Of a stretch of 64,000 bases of DNA, positions 55,531 through 64,000 are shown one piece after another. The translations under genes and the position numbers were made by a program. Source of the stretch: Syncephalis fuscata S228. Lineage: Eukaryota; Fungi; Zoopagomycota. The DNA lies in the NCBI GenBank assembly GCA_025786725.1, contig JAHLTZ010000023.1, positions 124,001 to 188,000 on the forward strand, read 5' to 3'. Numbering within the stretch: position 1 is the stretch's first letter; each line of letters opens with the position of its first letter. Below the pieces are notes generated by a model, which worked only from the letters and a program-made list of their open reading frames with translations, was not told the DNA's origin and did not search any database.

Positions 55531-57599
55531 AATTGCAACGCTATTATATCGATAATGTGGCCGTATGTAAGAAAATAGTCGGAAGTAGAATATGTTTTTT
55601 TGCGTACGATTGCGGTTTAAGGCGGTTATGTTTGCATTGCTGCTATATAATGACGCAAATAACCATAGAAATATAACAAAAACACTTGAGTATAGTTTGA
55701 ATGATACATGGCTATGAATAAAACGTGTGTTAATGCTATAAACTGCTAAATGTTTACTTGACTGGCGTAGGTTTTTTAAAGCTAATAGTAGTTATATGTG
55801 CAGTTAATTTGGCCTTTAAATATCCAGGACCAGTCTTTAATTTTTGTTTTTTGTTCTTTGCTTCTTGTTTAAATGCATCTATATATCGTGTATTTCTGCC
55901 TTTGCAGTTATAAAAATTACGCTTGTTCTATACTAAAAGTACACATATTATGCTGTAAAAAATAGCTAAACAAAGAATAGCGCATCCAAGCTAAATTTAT
56001 CCTACATCTTGAAAAATGTTTTCACATTTAGTAATTGCCTTGTACTGCTTCAATATATATATACCCGCTTAATTGCAGATTTAGCCAAGTATACATATTA
56101 AATGAGTTATTTGGTAATTAAAACAACTTAATTTGAAACCGAAGAACGGTGATACTCAAATGTTGTGATAGTTTCTAAAATTTCATTGATGTACTGCAAT
56201 GGATTCGCGGACTAGCAAAGAAGTGTTTACAGTTTAATATTAAAAACAGATTTTAAATTTACTGTCTTACTTTAGTGTAATTTGTATTAAATTACATATA
56301 TATATATTATTTTCTATTTGACCAATCTACTATGCAGGACATATATCATAATAATATTAATAAAATACAGCTTATTAATAACGTGTAACTAGTAGAATAT
56401 AAAATATTGTATACCAGAATTAGCCAACAAAAAGATATATGAACGGGAATAACAAAGTTATATGTATGAGTAGAATAACGGATGCAATGAATCAAACTTT
56501 ATGATGAATACATTTAGCATTACAATAGTTACTAAATTAAAAAACAACATAATGTTGTACTTGAATGTAAATTTTATAATATGGTATGTAGTTGCAATCT
56601 TTAATTACTCTGAAAGTAAATGCTGTTGATTTTATTACCAAATGACATTAACTAAGCTAGCAAAAACTATTTAGAAATAATCAAGCCAGATACACGCACC
56701 TAATAAATTAAGAGACATTGCTAATAGTTATCAGTATCATATTATTAATGTGTCTATTAACATTATAAATATTACAGGTCAGTAATCGTTATTAATGGCT
56801 CAAGAAGTTAACATTGTATATTCATTGTTATAAATCACTATAACATTACATTGCTACTGGTTTAGACTATTCGTCTTTTTGATTTACTTTGTGCAAAATA
56901 TCCTATTTTCAAGGATATTTAAGGTTAGTTCATTGTAATAAGAATAAAAATAAGTTGAATGCTGTAATATCAACGTGGATACTGTTATTAAGAATAGAAG
57001 ACGCAGATGGTTGGCCAAAAAAACAAATTTGCCAACAAAGACAAGGATTGAATGAAACGCAATGGAGAGAGAGAGAGAATAGAAAATTACTACCTATGAG
57101 AAATGCAATCAACTATAATTTGTGATAACGAAGGTAACCAGACTTATCGATGTCAGTACAAAAATATAGAAAAATAGCGATTGTTTATGTAATCTTCTGA
57201 TCAAAGAAGCTTACACAACCGAAATTGAAACTGTAGGTCGATATTTCGGCATTTCAAGAAGCAAAGTCGGAATGCTGATAGGAGTGCGCGTGTGTAAGTA
57301 AATACTTGCATAAGTATAATTTGCTAATGGTGTAGATAGAAAAATGCAGATTTCTATAGTGATATGTAATGATGGTATAATAATAATGCAGACGAATGAG
57401 CGATATACAAAATAGCCCAGTACAAAAAGCAAACAAAAATAAACAATACGATGATAACAAGGTGTAAAGACGAGTACAAGCAAAAAAGCACCGCACGTAA
57501 AAACGATTTGATGGGAAAACATACATGGAAGAATGCAAAGTAGTGCAGCAGTGAATCAAAAAGAGCCATCTTCTTAAGCTACCAGAGCCTAGAGGAGGA

Positions 57600-59628
57600 T
57601 TATGCCGACCAACCAGGGCGACGCGCCACCATATAGAAGACGTGGTGGTGCGCGGGCATTGACTCTAATTCACGCTCGTATGCCATCAAATTGCGTTCAA
57701 ACGCCAGCTCGTCCATACACAAAGTACGCGCAACAAATGGGGTTAGAGCACGGTAGATACCGAGCTGTACCGCCGCTGATGCGCGAGCCATCTCACCGTT
57801 ATGTATACCATCTTTGAAATCACGAAGGTGCATGCGCACCTCCTCGAAACCAACATCCTGCATAAGGCGCGGCAATCCGCGTACCGAGGTCGGATCGACA
57901 CCGTGAGTGCTAAGCGCAGTATGGGTCCACTTGGCTAGCAAGCGGCCGGCCTGGCCAACACCACGCGGTACCATATCCGATTCGCAAATTTCCACACGGC
58001 CTCCCGGCTTAGTGACGCGCAATAGTTCGCTTAGGAGCTTTGCCCAAACGTCGGATGGCACGCCCATTCCGATATCACGCATGTGTACAAAATCAAATGA
58101 TTCGTCGGCAAACGGCAAGCCTTGGAGAGCATCGGCTTGCACGAAGCGACAGTTGTCCGGCCGAACATCGGTTGGGTAGAGAGATAACAGATCTACACCG
58201 ACAAAATTAGTCTGCGGGTGTTCAGCAGCCATTTCCTAATAAAGTAAAAGTAAATTAAAATCTAGTTAATCAATGTTATTAATGACTTACCAGGCACCAG
58301 GCACCAGTGCCACAGCCAACATCGAGCACATTCTCTATTGGTGCTTGTTGATTGTTACCCATCAATTTGGTAAAATGATTGGCGCCCAATTCCATTTGAT
58401 AGAGATAATGAGCCGAGTTCAAACGGTCTTGTTCTTCTTGGTTTGCTGTTGCTTTTTGGCCATCCTTTAAAGACATGAGCGTAGGATAGCGTGAAGCAAC
58501 TGGCTTCTTTGCATTCTCAGCAACAAACATGTTCTTGCGTTGACTGGCGTGAATTGAACGACGCGACATACGAGACAACGATGAAGAACGGGCGCTAGTA
58601 ATGGATGATCTACCAGCGCAGGTCGAAGCGGAGGATAGGCTGCTACGTGGAGAGCGTATTGACGTAGAGCGCAAAGTGTATTCGCTTGTACGTGGAGAAC
58701 GAGGTTGAGAAACAATCGAAGTAGCAGAAGAGTTGAGTGGAACCAAAGCTGGAATGTTAGAAGCCGCTGACTTTTGCTGATAAATCTCATACTGCATCGC
58801 ATAAGCAACGGCAGTTGCATTGCTAGCAGCTGAAGAGATTGACAGGCGGGAAAGTCGTCGGCTTGATCGTGACGAGGCCGAGCGAATAGACGGAGTTGAC
58901 GAGACGGCACATGGCGATGATGGTCTTGACACGAACGGAGCGGCCAATGGAGCAGCCACTGGTGACATCATAGGCGATGCTGGGACCGATTCGTTAGACG
59001 ACGACATAAGCGATGAGCAAGATGCCATTGGTGATGTAGCAATGTACAATGGCTTCTTGCGCGATTCGCTTTCGGTACGACTAATAGGCATAGCCATGAC
59101 TGGTGTCGGTGGCTGCGATGGTACGATATGGGTCAATCGCTCAGCAATCGTGGCCTGCTCTTGCGTCTGAGTATCGGCGCGATTGCGTCGATTTAGACGG
59201 AAGATACGTGGCTGATTAAGGGCAGGACAACTAGCAATGCGAGCCAGTCGTTTTGCTGGCGAAATCTTACCCGCTGTACGAGGTGCTGAAGCACATGGCG
59301 TGCTGGCAATAGCAGCTGTCGAAATAGCACTGTTGCAAATTGCCATATCGTCGCAAGTTTGTTCAATAGTATTCATACCTTTGGCGTGACTCTTTTTCTT
59401 ACGCAGACTAAGATTATCTGATGTATTCTGTGCAATAACCTTGCGAATCTTTGTAAAATGCGTGGAGGCGGTACGACGAAACGTGGGCTTTCGACGAATA
59501 CCGCAAGCGTTGCAAGGAAGCGAAGCGCCAGCACTGGCGGTGCGTGCGCCGCGTTCCAAGTAACATTGTGCACACGAAGGCGTGGTCAGCACTTCGGTGG
59601 CGTGTTTTTTTGAAGGTTGATTGCCCAT
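57600..59628 (-). CDS. Class I SAM-dependent methyltransferase (LaeA-like fungal group) with long N-terminal extension (2 exons, intron 58290-58236)
   Basis: EEQDRLNSAHY, VLDVGCGTGAWCL|EMAAEHP...GVDL, GLPFADESFDFVHMR, ELLRVTKPGGRVEICE. N-terminus MGNQPS. Confidence 0.92.
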
Positions 59629-60848
59629 GGCAAATTAAATCAAGCGTGCACTGCACACGCACGCTACTGACTTGTGTAAGAAGACAGTTCTATAAGGCTT
59701 ACCGAGAGCAATACACGCTCGGCAAGTCGTAATTATTGACGTGTAATCAAACCAAACAAGCTAATAGCGATATGATTAAGCTTGTAAAAATATACGTTTA
59801 CAAACCATAAGATATTTGTGCTGAACAAAAATGGGACCGACGATAGTCAGTCACCGTGTATAAAAGCGTTGAATATGAACAGCACTACGAATAGATTGAG
59901 AGGAAGGTAAACTAGCTCGAGCTAGTGTTGACAAAACAGTCACGAAAGTAAAATGTTGGGATAGTGAGTGCAAAATTGACCGTAGCAATAGAGTGGCAAA
60001 ATAGTGTAGATAATGAATAATTTCGATACCGAAATTTAAGGACGACAATTAGAACCGATAGATGCGAACGCTAACGGTACTTATATATATATATGATGTT
60101 AGAATATTCCGACGTCTCTCAAAAACGTGCACATGTAGTTTATGACAAAGCAAAATCGTATTGAAATAGACGAAGGTAAACTGTGGGTGTCCAAAAAATA
60201 TTATATCGACGGTACGAGGTTGCAATGATTATCTGTAATCAACTATTAAGATGGCTCGTCAATGAGGTGCGATGGTCAAAAAAGCAAGAGGGTGGGAAGT
60301 TACGGGTCAAGTCAGAAAATAGTCTACAACTCGGGCATTAGGCAGCAGGTAGGCCATCTTTATGTCTCTTCAAGCGTGGAGCGGCGTTAGCACACAAATG
60401 GCAGTATGGCACAGATCCATACGTACAGACAGGCACGCACCACACACACACACGCGGATAAGGCCGAGGCGACAGCAGTAGCAGTAATAGTAGTATCAGG
60501 CAATTGTCAAATGACTGAATCCGGTAACCTGTTGAGAGTGCCAAGTAACCGATGCAGCCATCGATATCACTATATTGTCTCCCTCTTTTCATTCATTGAT
60601 TAACACACGAATAAAGTGGCTAAGGATAAGTAGTAAGTCTAGGTCATGTGTCCTCGCACTATCATTGCCCGCTTCTTCTTTTCTTCGGTGTCCTTTTCCC
60701 CAAAAGGAATAGCAATCGTCGCTACAATGCGGCATAGCAGAATAAACAGTCTTGTTTACACCAAAAGTGTGATGAATTTTTTAATTTTGAGTGGATCACA
60801 GGCACATGGACATTAGAACGCATGTTTACTCCAAAGGCACGCATGCGT

Positions 60849-60876
60849 ACACACACACACACACACACACCACACA
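60849..60876. repeat. (CA)n microsatellite
   Basis: Read directly. Confidence 0.9.
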
Positions 60877-62483
60877 TTAACCCACATGCTTATTGATGAC
60901 CACATGCTTAACATTGCCATTTCATACTGATGTTTAGTGAACGCATGGCAGAAAAGGCCATATGCATTAGAGACTAACACTTGCGGTCGGGCAAACTCTA
61001 TGGTGCAGCATGGAAGTCGGCTGACGTATTATTAGCCATTTCTTACAATGTTAAGAATGCAGGGAACCAAGGACACGACAGGATAATGCTTTTGTTGAAA
61101 GTGATTTTAATTCTGTGCTACCTTGGCGTTATGAATGAGCTATATTTTTTAATGTAAAACTAAGTGGAATACTAAATGTAACATAATAAATGATTGTATT
61201 TAATGTAGCACTGTATAACAATATAGAAAATAATATGATTAAATTGAATAATGGTTGTAGTTAATGGTAATGATAGTATTATTACTACTGCTATTACAAT
61301 TGGTACTAATGTCAATACTACAAGTCCTACCTTGAGGATAAGACATGTGAAATCAACACTCTTACCAGACTTTACTTGTAGCTAATGATCATGAAATAAA
61401 ATATAATAGCTAGTAGGTCGCCCATAAATAAAATTTTGAGCTTGTCTTTAGATTAGGGATAGTTTGGCTTGAACAAAAATGTAAATGATCAAGGCCAAGG
61501 TAAACTAGACATTGATGATGATTATGCACAGCCATGCGAATCTAGATCCGGATTCATCCTTGTGTAGTAATAGCGCCGATTATACTGATAGCACGTGGCC
61601 GTAATCCTACTTTTCTATTTGCCCATAAATTCATTTATAGTTATAATAAACTTGGCATATCCCATCATTGGCCATTATATATCTGCTTTTTTGGATAGAA
61701 TGACGACGTTATAATTATACATTTAAATTGTTTACTGATTGATGTTTTAATTTTTCAACTATACTCTTGAACTATTGAATAAACAACATTAATAAAAATG
61801 CACGCTGATTTATTAGCGCTATTAACGCAATCGCTATTTTTAAACTAAACCAGCCATGATACTTACAGCAACTTGTTAATAAAATACTACTCAATGATAT
61901 GACATTGTTGCACTATTAGTAATATGTGCACCTATTATTTCCGCAGGTTTATTAGTCATTGTATACACTATAATTCAAATACAATAGAATTCAAACAATT
62001 AATGACATCACAATGAAGAACGAAAAACACATGTATGCAATGACCGCATGTAATAGATTCATAGAAGCTACCAAGTAACCAAGCATGCGTTAATGAGCAA
62101 TACTTGAACTGTAATGCATGAGTTTCGCCAACAATCATATGACTAGCAGTGTGTGTGCATTTGCCCAAGTATTTCATTATAATAAAATATGAACGAATAA
62201 ATCATTTGTGACGTTGGCATTTCTAAATTATTGCTATTACATTCATTGAATTGTGCACAGGTTTAAATCATGTGTCATACTATTTATTGAATTGCATCAT
62301 AGGCAAAAGCCAGTTGAGGCTTTAAACATATAATGGTCAATATAACTTGTATATGATATAAAACTGTAAATAATGTTATCGTAAAAATGGTTCATTAATC
62401 TAGATTCTCGCAGTTTGTTTGTTTGACCGGCAAACAAATAATAATACCGGCTATATCTTTACTGTATTAAATCCTTAAGCTAT

Positions 62484-64000
62484 CTATGGGAATGCGTAGA
62501 CAATACCGGCATTTTCAATACGTTGACCATAGGCGGAAAGTGGCGTCGCGTTACGAATGATATCCTGGACCACTTGGCCGGCCGTCGTATAGACACGCTG
62601 GCTCAGATAGATGGCCACGACTCCGGATGTCAATGGTGCCGAGAACGAGGTACCAATACCTACTACGCGTGCGTTGTGTTCACGTGCCTTGAATACAGGA
62701 ACACGCTCGCCTGGCGCAAAAATGTTGACACATTTGCCGCGGGAAGTAAAATCGGATATGGTATCGCCCTTGCTGATAGAGCCGACCGTAAGAATGTTTG
62801 GCACCTTTCCTGTAATGCTTCCAGGTGAGTAATTGCAGGCATTATCACGGCCATTACCAGCCGAGTTTACAACAACAATGTTGGCGTCGTTTGCATCACG
62901 AATAACACTGTCGAGAAAATCTGGCGTTTGGTACGTAATTGAAAGCTGAATAATGTGACGAACACGTTTTTCTGGATTGTTTGCATCCATGGCTTTTACT
63001 TTATCGATAACATACTGGAAAGCTTCCTTTAATGGGCCTTCGGTACCGACGGCAATGACATGCAGCTGTGCAGCTTTTGCAACACCATATTTCTTGCTAC
63101 AAATGTTTGATGCAACTTGAGTACCATGTCCTTTAGTTGTGTCTTGAGCACCAAGACCGGGTGTGAACTCAGTTTCGATAATTGGACGAAGAGCGTATTC
63201 GTCGTTGTAAGACTGGTCAAAGCCTGAGTCAATCATCCATACATGTACGCCTTTACCACCATCAGCAGGTAGTTCGCGTGCAGGTTCGGTTTCTGTGGCC
63301 GTGCGGCGACGAATACGGGCTAGAGCCCAGTTATCATCAGATGAGCCGTAGCTTAAAGGAACCTCAGGTTCTTCTGAAGGAGCATCAGATTTAAGCATAA
63401 CTAAGTTGGATGATACAATAGGCTTATATACTGATTGCGAGTACACTATTGGTACAGCTACTGGTGGCGAAGATAATTGTGCAGGCGCTGAAGCTACTGG
63501 AGCCGGCATTGGAGCTGGGGGAGCCGGTACTGCGGCTGGAGGAGCTGGTACTGGAGCTGGTGGAGCTGGTACTGGAGCTGGTGGAGCTGGCACTGGAGCT
63601 GGTGGAGCTGGCTGGAGCTGGCACTGGAGCTGGTGGAGCTGGCACTGGAGCTGGTGGAGCTGGCACTGGAGCTGGTGGAGCTGGACTGGAGCTGGTGGAG
63701 CTGGCACTGGAGCTGGTGGAGCTGGACTGGAGCTGGTGGAGCTGGCACTGGAGCTGATACTGGAGCTGGAGGGGCTGGCATCGGAGCTGGTGGAGCCGGT
63801 CTATAAATAATAGTCGGTTGGCTTGCAGCAGGATTCTTTTTGGTGCATGGCTTCTTGGTCGTTGAAGGTGGTGGAGGTGGAGTAGTTGTGCTTTTCTTGC
63901 AAGGAGTCTTAGTAGGTGCAGGCATTTGTGGTGTATGCACTAGTGTTGGTGTGACTACAATCGGTACAGGCACCTGAACTGGAACTGAAACTGGAGCTGG
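62484..64000 (-). CDS. Subtilisin-like S8 serine protease with Pro/Ala-rich N-terminal region (5' end beyond window; frameshifts in repeat)
   Basis: Catalytic motifs IDSG, GHGT, SAGN and GTSFSAP; NWALARI, ACNYSPGS and CVNIFAPG are proteinase K-like. Confidence 0.92.
63500..63800 (-). repeat. Coding 21-nt tandem repeat (PAPPAPV)n
   Basis: Units of ggagctggcactggagctggt on the + strand; three units are shortened (near 63611, 63684 and 63726). Confidence 0.95.

Overview
Eukaryotic, AT-rich fungal genomic DNA with short GT-AG introns (about 45-90 nt). Gene content and style suggest an early-diverging fungus, possibly Zoopagomycota such as a Syncephalis-like mycoparasite; this is inference, not verified. 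Three zones are visible. (1) About 1-12 kb is gene-sparse and AT-rich, built from inverted repeats. It has a head-to-head pair of Kex2-processed six-cysteine secreted peptide genes, a near-perfect 2.44-kb-arm palindrome carrying two identical bacterial-type CAP genes, and a third, decayed inverted repeat. All three have spacers of about 555-570 bp. (2) About 12-36 kb is a dense housekeeping block: Kin4-like kinase, EMC5 (absent from the ORF track), ARO7, a DUF4870-like membrane protein, ELMO, DENND6-like, RPC2 and an RRM protein. (3) About 37-64 kb is mixed: GH17, secreted alpha-carbonic anhydrase, hypothetical proteins, a fusion of two HTH_76-like repeats with a degenerate HIBCH domain, a probable membrane-protein pseudogene, a methyltransferase with a GATA-like CxxC pair, and a subtilisin with a Pro-rich repeat. 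Two single-base frameshifts in the essential RPC2 gene indicate deletion errors in the assembly, so other frameshifts need caution. No tRNA, rRNA, CRISPR array or transposase was recognised. All alignments were done by eye.
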